A stretch of DNA of 63,978 nucleotides, filler included, from Acidimicrobiia bacterium (GTDB lineage: Bacteria; Actinomycetota; Acidimicrobiia; Spongiisociales; CAZKJJ01), in the NCBI GenBank assembly GCA_046759765.1. It is 12 parts of 12 records of this genome, joined end to end, with 100 filler letters (N's around TTAATTAATTAA, not from the genome) between each part and the next. Parts side by side here need not be neighbours in the genome. Positions count along the whole stretch, not along the records: positions 28,830 to 34,356 come from JBHICV010000153.1; positions 34,457 to 39,891 come from JBHICV010000155.1; 10 more parts are not named here. One strand, 5' to 3'. The first letter of the stretch is position 1; the number at the start of each line of letters is the position of its first letter. The notes under the pieces were generated by a model that worked only from the letters and a program-made list of their open reading frames with translations, was not told the origin of the DNA and searched no databases. The translations under genes and the position numbers were made by a program. Shown piece by piece: positions 29,346-38,530 of this stretch.

Positions 29346-29446
29346 TGAACCTGGGCTGTCGCGGTGCTGCATCGGGGTCAGTGCCCGTTGGTAGTGGGGA
29401 GCCCCGAAAATTCCGGGCTCACCGCCCACAGCGTCGGGACGCTACG

Positions 29447-32400
29447 ATGATGAAGCTTGCCGCCAGGGTGTTCCTGCCCATTCTCTTCCTCACCCTCGGT
29501 GTGCCCCAGATAGCTGAGGCCATCACGATCGGGAGGGCCGAGCTCAAAGGGAACCAGCTACGAGTCGAAGGCAGTAACGCCCTGAACAACGCGACCATTT
29601 TTGTCGACGGGGTTGCCCGTGGCAGCGCCGACAACCGAGGCGACTACCGCATCGAGTTCAGTCCCTACTTCTCGGACGACTGCGTGGTGGAGGTGAGCGA
29701 CGGCACGGGCACTGCCTCGCGCTCGGTGCAGAACTGCACGCCCACCGCCCCCCCGAACAACCCGCCAGCCGCGAACGCCGGACTCGATCAGCTCGGCATC
29801 GTAGACGCGGGCAACAATGGCGAGCTCGTGCAGTTGGACGGCAGTGCCAGCAGCGATCCCGACGGCTTCATCGCGAGCTTCGAGTGGTTCGAGGGTGGCG
29901 TGCTCATCGCCACGGGCGCAACGCCACAGGTCGTGCTCGCCGTCGGCAACCACGTCATCGAGCTGGTGGTCACCGACGACCAGGGCGCCACGGGCAATGA
30001 CTTTGTCACCGTCGAGATCCTCCCCGACGGGCCGCCGCCGAACCAAGCGCCAACGGCTGTCGCCGGTCCCGACCAGCAGGTGACCGACGCGGATAACACC
30101 GGATTCGAAACCGTCGCCCTGGACGGCAGCGGCAGCTCGGATCCTGACGGAACGATCGTGAACTTCGAGTGGCGCGAAGGCGCAACGATTCTGGCCACGA
30201 CCGTAACCTCGTCGGTGAGCTTGGCCGTCGGCACTCACACCATCACGCTCACCGTCATCGATGACCAAGGCGCGACGGGCAGCGACACCGTGGTCGTGAC
30301 CGTGGACCCGCCACCTCCGCCCCCGCCGCCGTCTAGTGCTGGAACCCCGAGCTTCGCCCTCTTCGTGCGGCTGGCAGGCACCGGCCAGGACCGACCCTTC
30401 CAGGGGCGCACCATCGGAGCGAGCCCGAATTCCCCGGTCTTCTTCGTCTTCGACTGGAACGACGGTACCTCGACCCGCAACCCGGATACGGGCTTCTGGA
30501 CCACCGACGGCACGGGCAGAGCCGTGTCCAACACCGTGCACCACACCTGGACCACCCTAGGCATCTTCACCGTCACCCTGACGGTCTTCGACGGAAGCGG
30601 TACGAACTCCGCCGCGGTCACAACGGACGTGGAGGTCGTCGTCAACCAGACGCCGGTGGCAGATGCCGGACCTGATCAAACCGTGCGGGTCTTCGGCACC
30701 GATACCGGGCGTTTCGTGACCGTGGACGGCAGCGGAAGCTTCGACCCGGACGGCCCGGCCCTGGGGGACATTCTGAACTTCATCTGGACCGAGGGAGCCA
30801 CGACTCTCAGCACGAACGCGAGCTTTTCGCGCTTTTTCGCCATTGGCACTCATCTCATCGACCTGGAGGTGCGGGACGGTTTGGGCGGCTCCGCGACCGA
30901 CCAGACGGTGGTCACCGTGCTTGGGCCCAACGATCCAGGTCCGCCTGTCGCTTCCGCCACGGCGAGCGCTGCCTTCATCACCGAGCTGGACGAGGTCACG
31001 CTCGACGGCAGCGGAAGCTTCGACCCGGACGGCGGCCTGCTCACCTTCCTGTGGGAGCAGGTAGGGCTGGAGACCACCGGGGTGCCGGTGACGCTCACGG
31101 GCGCGAACACAGCCATCGCGACCTTCACGGCCCCGTCGGTGCTCAACAACGTGGAGCTGCGTTTTCGGCTCACGGTCACCGACAACGAGCTGCAGAGCGA
31201 CAGCCTCGAGCTGCCCCTCGACCTGAGCCCCTTCGTGGTGGCCCAGTCCCAGGTGATCGGCGAAGTGGACAAGGTCTGGGACCCGACCCAGGCGGGTGCC
31301 GGTGCCAGTCGCCGGCTGGGCGATACGCTTGGAATCGACCTGGCCATCGATGGTAGTTGGATGGTGGTCGGCTCGCCCGGCCCCTTCGACAGCGAGCGGC
31401 CGCGACCGGGTCAGGCCTTCTTCTATGAATCGGTCGGCGGCTCCTGGGTGGAACGCGCCGTGATCGGCTCGACGCAGCCTGCCGACTTCAACGCCTTCGG
31501 CTTCACCGTGGACCTGGCGGGTGACCTGGCCGTGGTGGGCGAGCGGCTGGGCGATGCGCCCGGGGTCCCGGACGCCGGCGTGGTCACCGTACTGAGGCGT
31601 GACGCCGCGGGCGCCTGGAACCAGGAGGCGCGGCTGACCGCGAGCAATGGCTCCAACCTGGGCTTCTTCGGCCTGGCCCTGGCCACCGACGGCAGCCGCA
31701 TCATGGCCGGCGCGCCCAAAAACCAGGGGGTTATACCCGTCGACCAGACCGGGGACGCCTACATCTACGCCCAGGACGTCGGCGGCAACTGGTTCGAGGA
31801 GGCGCGGCTGTTCGGCAGCCTGCACGAGGACGGCGACAACTTCGGCACCGCGGTCGACGTCGACGGCAACGTCGCGGTGGTCGGCGCCAAGTTCGACGAA
31901 AACGACTTCGGCGACCAGAAGGGTGCCGTCTACGTGTTCGAGTTCGACGGCTTCGGCTGGGTCGAGACCGCCCGCCTGCTGCCCAGCAATCCCGGCGCGA
32001 GCTTCTTCGGTGAGTCGGTGGCAGTCGACGGGGACACCATCGTGGTGGGCGCCACCGGTGACGACGGCGCCGGTAACCCCTACTGCGGTCCCTTCCTGTG
32101 CAACGCGGTCTACGTCTTCCAGCGCATGCTCGACGGCAGCTGGATCGAAGTCCAGAAGATCGAACGGCCCGATCCGAGCAACGCCGGGTTCGGCCATGCG
32201 GTTGACGTCGAGCAGGCCGACATCCTCATCGGCGCCCGCTTCGAGGAGGGCTTCGGACCCAAGGCCGGTGCCGCCTACCTGTATCGCTTCAACGGCGTCG
32301 GCTGGGGAGAGATCGCCAAGTACCTGCCCAGCGACGCACGCTTCGAGGACGCGACCGGCTTCGCCGTGTCCCTCAGCGGTGCCCACGCGGCGGTGGGCGC

Positions 32401-33664
32401 GCCCCAGCAGGACCCCTTCTTCCCCTGCTGCGGCGGCTTCCCCCTCGAGAACGACGAAGGCGCGGCCTATGTCTTCTCCACGGTTGTCGAGCCGCTCCTC
32501 ACGGTGCACGTGGTCGGCGAAGGCAACGCCGGGGTCGTCAGCGACCTGCCCGGCATCGACTGCGGCGCAGATTGCAGCGAGGTCTACCCGCTGGACACCG
32601 TGGTCACCCTGACGCCCCAGCCGGGCCTCGGCACCAGCTTCGTCGCCTTCACCGGCGACCCGGACTGCGCTGATGGAGTCGTGACCCTGGATGCGACCAA
32701 GAGCTGCTCGGCCGTTTTCCGCTTCACCAACCCCAACAACATCCCGCCGGTGGCGAACGCGGGGCCTGACCAGACTGTCGTGGATGCCGACGCCGACGGA
32801 GTCGAGCTCGTACAGTTAGATGGCTTAGCGAGCTTTGACCCGGACCCGGGCGGCTCTATCATCAGCTATGAGTGGGATGAGGGCCTCGTCCCGATCGCGA
32901 GTGGGCCGACGCCGCTGGTGTCCCTGCCGGTGGGCGAGCACGTGCTGCGCCTGGTTGTGACCGACAACGAAGGACTCTCCGACGCCTTCGACTCCACTGA
33001 CCAGGTCATCATCTTCGTGCTCGCGGAGCCGCCGCCACCGAACCGGCCGCCGGTAGCGGATGCGGGGCCGGACCAGAACGTCGTCGATCTTGACGGCGAC
33101 GGTGTCGAGACTGCGCTGCTCGACGCGTCGGCAAGCTTCGACCCTGACGGCGCCGCCTCGGAACTCAGCTACGAGTGGAGCGAGGGCGGCGTCGTGTTGT
33201 CCACGAGCAGGCTAGTATCTTGGCCCTTCGCGGTAGGAACTCATACCGTGACCCTCGTGGTCACCGACGCTGATGGAGACACCGGAACCGATACGCTGAT
33301 AGTTACGGTGACTGCTGGTGGGCCGGTCATCAGCCTCTCTCGAGAGGTCGTTCCGTTTCCAATCAACGTACGCAAGGGTGATGAGTTTACCTTGGAGATC
33401 ACGGTGGCCAACGCGGGGAATCAAGCGGCGAGCGGGATGACCATGCGATTCGATACCGCTCCCCCCGGTAGCGTCAGGCTTGAGAATCCGAGAAGCAACA
33501 CGCAAAACGTTCAGGTACCGGCGGGGCAGAGCCGAGTCGTATCTTGGCTGTTCAGGATCGACCAGGATGGCCCCTTCACCGCGACTCTGACGGCAACGGT
33601 CCTAGACAGCTTCGGGGCCTTCGTCGCCGACATCGTAACCGGTATCCCGGTGTTGGCGCCGTAG
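29447..33664 (+). CDS. large secreted protein with multiple PKD/Ig-like repeats, FG-GAP beta-propeller and C-terminal CARDB-like domain
   Basis: Signal peptide; repeated P.ANAGPDQ...LDGS.S.DPDG...W.EG...L.VTD modules; FG..V..DG....VGA repeats at ~31300-32480. Confidence 0.85.
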   Translation: MMKLAARVFLPILFLTLGVPQIAEAITIGRAELKGNQLRVEGSNALNNATIFVDGVARGSADNRGDYRIEFSPYFSDDCVVEVSDGTGTASRSVQNCTPTAPPNNPPAANAGLDQLGIVDAGNNGELVQLDGSASSDPDGFIASFEWFEGGVLIATGATPQVVLAVGNHVIELVVTDDQGATGNDFVTVEILPDGPPPNQAPTAVAGPDQQVTDADNTGFETVALDGSGSSDPDGTIVNFEWREGATILATTVTSSVSLAVGTHTITLTVIDDQGATGSDTVVVTVDPPPPPPPPSSAGTPSFALFVRLAGTGQDRPFQGRTIGASPNSPVFFVFDWNDGTSTRNPDTGFWTTDGTGRAVSNTVHHTWTTLGIFTVTLTVFDGSGTNSAAVTTDVEVVVNQTPVADAGPDQTVRVFGTDTGRFVTVDGSGSFDPDGPALGDILNFIWTEGATTLSTNASFSRFFAIGTHLIDLEVRDGLGGSATDQTVVTVLGPNDPGPPVASATASAAFITELDEVTLDGSGSFDPDGGLLTFLWEQVGLETTGVPVTLTGANTAIATFTAPSVLNNVELRFRLTVTDNELQSDSLELPLDLSPFVVAQSQVIGEVDKVWDPTQAGAGASRRLGDTLGIDLAIDGSWMVVGSPGPFDSERPRPGQAFFYESVGGSWVERAVIGSTQPADFNAFGFTVDLAGDLAVVGERLGDAPGVPDAGVVTVLRRDAAGAWNQEARLTASNGSNLGFFGLALATDGSRIMAGAPKNQGVIPVDQTGDAYIYAQDVGGNWFEEARLFGSLHEDGDNFGTAVDVDGNVAVVGAKFDENDFGDQKGAVYVFEFDGFGWVETARLLPSNPGASFFGESVAVDGDTIVVGATGDDGAGNPYCGPFLCNAVYVFQRMLDGSWIEVQKIERPDPSNAGFGHAVDVEQADILIGARFEEGFGPKAGAAYLYRFNGVGWGEIAKYLPSDARFEDATGFAVSLSGAHAAVGAPQQDPFFPCCGGFPLENDEGAAYVFSTVVEPLLTVHVVGEGNAGVVSDLPGIDCGADCSEVYPLDTVVTLTPQPGLGTSFVAFTGDPDCADGVVTLDATKSCSAVFRFTNPNNIPPVANAGPDQTVVDADADGVELVQLDGLASFDPDPGGSIISYEWDEGLVPIASGPTPLVSLPVGEHVLRLVVTDNEGLSDAFDSTDQVIIFVLAEPPPPNRPPVADAGPDQNVVDLDGDGVETALLDASASFDPDGAASELSYEWSEGGVVLSTSRLVSWPFAVGTHTVTLVVTDADGDTGTDTLIVTVTAGGPVISLSREVVPFPINVRKGDEFTLEITVANAGNQAASGMTMRFDTAPPGSVRLENPRSNTQNVQVPAGQSRVVSWLFRIDQDGPFTATLTATVLDSFGAFVADIVTGIPVLAP

Positions 33665-33721
33665 CAAGAAGGCTCGCTCCTGTCGCCAGGCCTACCTGAT
33701 CGACGCCAGGCGGGTCCACCA

Positions 33722-34356
33722 TCAAGGCGCTGAGGTAGCGTCCGGCTCCGAGGCCGGCGGGTCGGCAGGCGGCTCTGGGGGGGACGAAGGCGGCCGTGGA
33801 GCCTTCTCGATCGCTTTCTCGAGCTCCGGGGAGATCCGCTTCATCTCCTCGGTGATGCGGGCGGCCTCCAGAGCGGTTCCGATCACCCGCGGGGTGATCA
33901 GGATGAGGAGCTCGGTCTTCTCAACGAATTTGGTGGTGGTGCCAAAGAGCAAGCCAAGGAGAGGGATCTTTGAGAGGACCGGAATCCCGATCCTGGTAAA
34001 CTCGCGGCGCGTCTCGATGAGCCCGCCCATCACGAGCGTCTGATTGTCCACCAGGACCACAGAGGCCTCTGCCTCCCGCTTGAGGAATATGAAAGCGCCG
34101 GTTTCGTCGTCGCGGGGGCCGACCTCGTTGACCTCCTGCTTGATGTCCAGGGCCACGGTACCCTTGTCACCAATCCTGGGCGTGACGGTCAGGATAATAC
34201 CCACATCTCTGTACTCGATGTTCTGCGTGATCGTCGGGGAGATCTCTCCCTCAGGGGTGATGGGGGTCTGCTGAGCCGTCGCGATCGGAACGGAGTCCGA
34301 CACGTTGATGACGGCCTTCTTGTTCTCAGAGGTCATGATCGACGGGCTAGAAAGGA
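33722..34356 (-). CDS. gspD: type II secretion secretin, C-terminal part
   Basis: PSIMTSENKKAVINV, IEYRDVGIILTVTPRI, QTLVMGGLI, GIPVLSKIPLLGLLF, TELLILITPRVI. Confidence 0.85.
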
Positions 34357-34457
34357 NNNNNNNNNNNNNNNNNNNNNNNNNNNNNNNNNNNNNNNNNNNN
34401 TTAATTAATTAANNNNNNNNNNNNNNNNNNNNNNNNNNNNNNNNNNNNNNNNNNNNA

Positions 34458-34610
34458 CATCCGAACGACCCGAACGAGGCCTGGACAGACTTGCTCGAAA
34501 AGGGGATAGTCGCCCGCCGGGACTCGGGTCGAATCCTGTTCGACCTTCGTGCCGTGCCAGAGCGATCCGACGACAGAATCCGGGAGGCACTGACGTCGAT
34601 ATGCCCGTAG
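34458..34610 (+). CDS. selA: L-seryl-tRNA(Sec) selenium transferase, C-terminal fragment
   Basis: GIVARRDSGRILFDLRAV resembles the SelA C-terminus; overlaps the selB start. Confidence 0.75.
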   Translation, partial: HPNDPNEAWTDLLEKGIVARRDSGRILFDLRAVPERSDDRIREALTSICP

Positions 34611-36397
34611 TCGGGACTGCCGGTCACGTCGACCACGGCAAGTCGACCCTGATCCAGGCTCTCACCGGCAGGGATCCAGACCGGTGGGAAGAGGAGAAGC
34701 GGCGTGGACTGACTATCGATCTGGGCTTCGCGTGGACGACTCTCGACGGCGTAGAGGTGTCCTTCGTCGATGTGCCCGGACATGAGAGATTCATCAAGAA
34801 CATGCTCGCCGGCACGGAGGGCATGGACGTCGCGCTCCTGGTCGTTGCCGCCGATGAAGGATGGATGCCGCAGTCGGAGGAGCATCTCTCCGTCCTCGAC
34901 CTTCTTGGTATCGGACCTGGCGTGGTCGCCGTCACAAAGGCCGATCGGGTCGACGCGGAGCACCTCCAGCTGGTGATCCTCGAGCTGGAGGACCAACTAG
35001 AAGGGACTTCGATGGCCGGCGCGCCGATGGTCGTCACCTCCGTGCCCGACGGGACCGGCATCTCGGATCTGCAGGAGGCACTGTCGAAAGCAATCACTGA
35101 GCTGCCAAGCGCTTCTCTGATGGATAGACCCAGGCTCTGGATCGATCGGGCCTTCACGATCCCAGGGGCTGGAACGGTCGTGACCGGAACCCTGACCGAG
35201 GGCAACCTCGAGGTCGGCGACCTCGTCGAGCTTCTTCCGACCCGCAGGCAGGCGAGGATCCGATCACTCCAAAGCCACGAGCAGGACAGGCTCAAGGTGG
35301 AAGGACATAGCCGCGTGGCCGCCAACCTTGCCGGTGTCGATCGGGAGAACGTCCAGAGAGGGATGCTCCTCGCCCCGCCCGGTCACTGGACAATGAGCCG
35401 GAGGATCACCGCCAGCCTTCGTACAGTACGAACTCTGGGCGATCCCCTGACCGCGAAGGGTGCCTACCACCTACACATGGGAACGGGTGCCTGGCCCGTG
35501 AGGTTACGACTGTTGGAAGCCTCCGAGCTGAAGGGAACAGGCTTCGGACTGCTGGAGGCAGATGCTGAGGTGCCCTTTGCCGTCGGTGACCGGTTCATTC
35601 TGCGTGAGGTCGGGCGCAAGGCCGTAGTGGCGGGCGGGCGCGTTCTCGATCCGGAAGCACCCGCGCGGGCGCGGCTGGCCCGGGCCTCACTCAAGAGGCT
35701 GGAAGGCATCTTGGATGTCTCCCCAGATGAACAGGCGACCATGCTGCTCGAAGTGCGTGGCCGGGCCGGACTCAAGGCCTTGTCAGCCCAGACCCGAGGC
35801 GGCCGTCCCCACGCGGCCGCGTTGGCGGCAGACGAAGCCCTGTCGCCAGCGGTATTGAGCACGCTGCGGTCGACCGCGCTCGATCTTGTGAATGAGTTCC
35901 ACCGGGACAATCCGCTACGCCCGGGAGTCCCCAAGGCCAGCCTGGCCAGCGGATTGGGCGTGACCTTGAGCGTACTGGACGCCCTGATTGCAGAGACGCC
36001 AGAGCTGACGGACGAGGGCGCCGCCGTGGCTGCCCGAGGTTTCGACAGTGCTCTAACGCCGGATGGGGAAGCGGCTTGGAAGAGAGTCACCGAGGAGCTC
36101 CGCGCGGCGGGACTCTCGGTTCCTCGGGCTTCGGAACTGTCTGCCGAAGACGATCTTCTCCACGCGATGGTGCGGAAAGGACATTTAGTGGCCGTTTCGG
36201 AGGAGTTGCTTTATCTGCCAGAGCAGCTGGATGACCTGCGCGCCTCCTTGAATGACTTGTCGGAGCCATTCACAGTGGCACAGTTCCGTGACGCTTTCTC
36301 GATCTCACGGAAATACGCGGTGCCGCTGCTCGAGTGGTTGGACTCCGAAGGGGTGACGCAGCGCCGAGGTGACCTGCGGTCGCTCAAGCCGTCCTGA
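34601..36397 (+). CDS. selB: selenocysteine-specific elongation factor
   Basis: GTAGHVDHGKS, EEKRRGLTIDLGF, DVPGHERFIKNM, C-terminal ISRKYAVPLLEWLD..G.T.R.GD.R. Confidence 0.95.
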   Translation: MPVVGTAGHVDHGKSTLIQALTGRDPDRWEEEKRRGLTIDLGFAWTTLDGVEVSFVDVPGHERFIKNMLAGTEGMDVALLVVAADEGWMPQSEEHLSVLDLLGIGPGVVAVTKADRVDAEHLQLVILELEDQLEGTSMAGAPMVVTSVPDGTGISDLQEALSKAITELPSASLMDRPRLWIDRAFTIPGAGTVVTGTLTEGNLEVGDLVELLPTRRQARIRSLQSHEQDRLKVEGHSRVAANLAGVDRENVQRGMLLAPPGHWTMSRRITASLRTVRTLGDPLTAKGAYHLHMGTGAWPVRLRLLEASELKGTGFGLLEADAEVPFAVGDRFILREVGRKAVVAGGRVLDPEAPARARLARASLKRLEGILDVSPDEQATMLLEVRGRAGLKALSAQTRGGRPHAAALAADEALSPAVLSTLRSTALDLVNEFHRDNPLRPGVPKASLASGLGVTLSVLDALIAETPELTDEGAAVAARGFDSALTPDGEAAWKRVTEELRAAGLSVPRASELSAEDDLLHAMVRKGHLVAVSEELLYLPEQLDDLRASLNDLSEPFTVAQFRDAFSISRKYAVPLLEWLDSEGVTQRRGDLRSLKPS

Positions 36398-36641
36398 GCG
36401 TAGCCTCGCGTCGCTCGACCTCGGTCATACCGCCCCAAATCCCGTAAGGCTCCCGAATGGTCAAGGCGTATTCGAGACACGGACTTTGGGAGGGACACAC
36501 CTGGCAGATGGCTTTGGCACGCGCCTCACGGCGCTCGCGGTCTTCCTTGCGTTCAAAGGTGGAGGGAGGAAAGAAGAGATGGGAGTGGTTGCCTCGGCAT
36601 AGCGCGCGCATTTGCCACGCCTCGTCGGACGGAGACGCCAC
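36384..36641 (-). CDS. WhiB family Fe-S transcription factor
   Basis: WQ.RALC...FFPP...AKAICQVCP...CLEYAL...EPYGIWGG. Confidence 0.92.
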   Translation of the reverse strand: MASPSDEAWQMRALCRGNHSHLFFPPSTFERKEDRERREARAKAICQVCPSQSPCLEYALTIREPYGIWGGMTEVERREATLRTA

Positions 36642-36720
36642 CGAGAACCTCCTCGCCCACCTGCAGCGACGAAACTAAACACGGAGGACTTGCTTCGCCA
36701 GGAAAAATCTGGAACGAGGT

Positions 36721-37992
36721 TTAAGAATCTTTTCGCGGAGGGGCATCCACCAGCAGATGGGTCCCATTTACTCCGGTCACGACGAGATCGTCGCCCCTCG
36801 ACAGCCCCGCCTCGCGGTGAGAGGCGGCTTGCCAGCGAGCCCCGTCGACCTCGGCGGTACCGTCTCCCTCGACAAAGTCGCTGGCCGCGATGCCCGCTCT
36901 TCCGATCAGATGAGACCTGCCGATGGTCGGAGTCGAAAGGCGGGCCCGCGTAACGGCAGGCAAGGCGATGATGAAGAAGAAGGCCACTGCCGAGACGGAC
37001 AGCAGAGTGATCCACCCGGTTGGCTCGAACTGGGGAGAGGCTCTCGTGAGTCCGACGCCGCCGATCAACAGAAGGGCAGAACCGACGAACGTTCCCCACC
37101 CGATCCTCGCGTTGCGCTGGAACTGAGCCAGGTAAGCCGCCAGGCCCGCTAATGCCGCCAGCAGCGCCCACCAGTTGAGGGGGAGATTCGCCAGGCCGTA
37201 GGAAGCGAGCACCAAAGCGACCGCCGCCACTCCGGCCGCCACGCCGGGCCCGAGCGCGTAGAACTCGAATGCGGCGACCGACAGCCCCATCACCAAGAGG
37301 AAGAACGCCGCGTCGGGACTGAGGCCGATCCGAAGCACGCGCACCCCTAGACCCGGTTCGAGAAAGCGCGTCTCGACCGGGTGGAGCACCGTGTCGCCCT
37401 CTTCGTTCGTGGTCTCGGTGACTGTGGCCAACGTCACCTGTTCCCCGCGCACGGCTACCTGGAGGCCGTCGAGCGCGGCAACGAATTGGGGAAGGGCAGG
37501 CTCCACGAAATCGATGAAGCCCGCAATCGGCTGCTCGACAACAACCTCGTCATCATGGAGATCGGAAGGACCCACTGGCCGGCGAGCGTCTTCGCTACCT
37601 GCCACCGCCGGTGAGAGGTAACCGACGCGAACTCCAGGAGCAGCGGCTCCAATAGGCGCAGCCGCCAACATCTGGCCGCTGCCGCCGAAGGCTTGGGCCG
37701 GGGCATCGCCGACCCATACCGCCACTGGTAGTGGTGGGTCGGACAGCAGATCCAGGAGCTGGTAGACGTCGGTCGACGTGGACCCGGATGAGTCGAGCTC
37801 GAGGATCACGAGTTGGGCTCCCGCCGCCTTCTGGTCGTTAATTGCGTCGGATACGAACCGGACCAGGGTCTGGTCCGCGAGCCCGTTGACCTTGACAATC
37901 ACCACATGGCCGGCTGGCTGCGCTTCCGCTTGCCCACTCAGGGCAAAGGCGAGCACGCAGATGACCGGGATCAGGCGACGCAGGGATCGCAC
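36721..37992 (-). CDS. NfeD-like membrane protein (ClpP-like domain, TM region, OB fold)
   Basis: LVILELDSSG, PVAVWV, LPLNW, G.AEVDGARWQA; start uncertain. Confidence 0.75.
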   Translation of the reverse strand: MRSLRRLIPVICVLAFALSGQAEAQPAGHVVIVKVNGLADQTLVRFVSDAINDQKAAGAQLVILELDSSGSTSTDVYQLLDLLSDPPLPVAVWVGDAPAQAFGGSGQMLAAAPIGAAAPGVRVGYLSPAVAGSEDARRPVGPSDLHDDEVVVEQPIAGFIDFVEPALPQFVAALDGLQVAVRGEQVTLATVTETTNEEGDTVLHPVETRFLEPGLGVRVLRIGLSPDAAFFLLVMGLSVAAFEFYALGPGVAAGVAAVALVLASYGLANLPLNWWALLAALAGLAAYLAQFQRNARIGWGTFVGSALLLIGGVGLTRASPQFEPTGWITLLSVSAVAFFFIIALPAVTRARLSTPTIGRSHLIGRAGIAASDFVEGDGTAEVDGARWQAASHREAGLSRGDDLVVTGVNGTHLLVDAPPRKDS

Positions 37993-38058
37993 CGACCGAA
38001 TGCTAGAAGTGAAGGTAACGGTGGAGGCTGGCGACCCACGACCGGGTACAGTCAGAGG

Positions 38059-38439
38059 ATGCGGAAGCTGCTCCTGGTGGCGGACGCCTCCTGGGTGCAA
38101 AATCTCGTTCGAGCTGCCGTGCCCTCATCCATCGAAGTGGAAGAGCTGAACGATCCGAGGCAAGTCGTCGATCGATTCCGTGAGGTCGAGCCCGACGCGG
38201 TGATCGTCGACCTTCAGATCGGGAGCATGGGCGGAATGGCGGTCACAAGAGCTATCAAGAGTGCCGCTTTCACCGACCTTTCCATGGACGTGCCAATAGT
38301 CATGCTGCTGGATCGGACCGCCGACGCTTTTCTGGCTCGGCGAGCCGGGGCCGACTCCTGGCTGGTGAAACCGGTCGCACCCGCGGACCTGCGCTCGGCG
38401 CTCGGTATCGAGACCACCGCTGTGGAGGGCTCGTCTTGA
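38059..38439 (+). CDS. single-domain response regulator receiver protein
   Basis: LLVAD, PDAVIVDLQIGSMGG, GADSWLVKP. Confidence 0.8.
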   Translation: MRKLLLVADASWVQNLVRAAVPSSIEVEELNDPRQVVDRFREVEPDAVIVDLQIGSMGGMAVTRAIKSAAFTDLSMDVPIVMLLDRTADAFLARRAGADSWLVKPVAPADLRSALGIETTAVEGSS

Positions 38440-38440
38440 C

Positions 38441-38515
38441 CCTCCCGCTTGTCCTCCCCCTAACCCCCTCCCGCATTGCGGGAGGGGGAAGCTGCGTAGC
38501 AGCGGAGGAGGGAGG
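38441..38515. repeat. REP-like multi-hairpin element
   Basis: CCCCCTCCCGCA-T-TGCGGGAGGGGG and GCTGC-GTA-GCAGC hairpins, enclosed by CCTCCC/GGGAGG and TCCTCC/GGAGGA pairings. Confidence 0.6.
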
Positions 38516-38530
38516 CGGCCGAGCCGTCCT

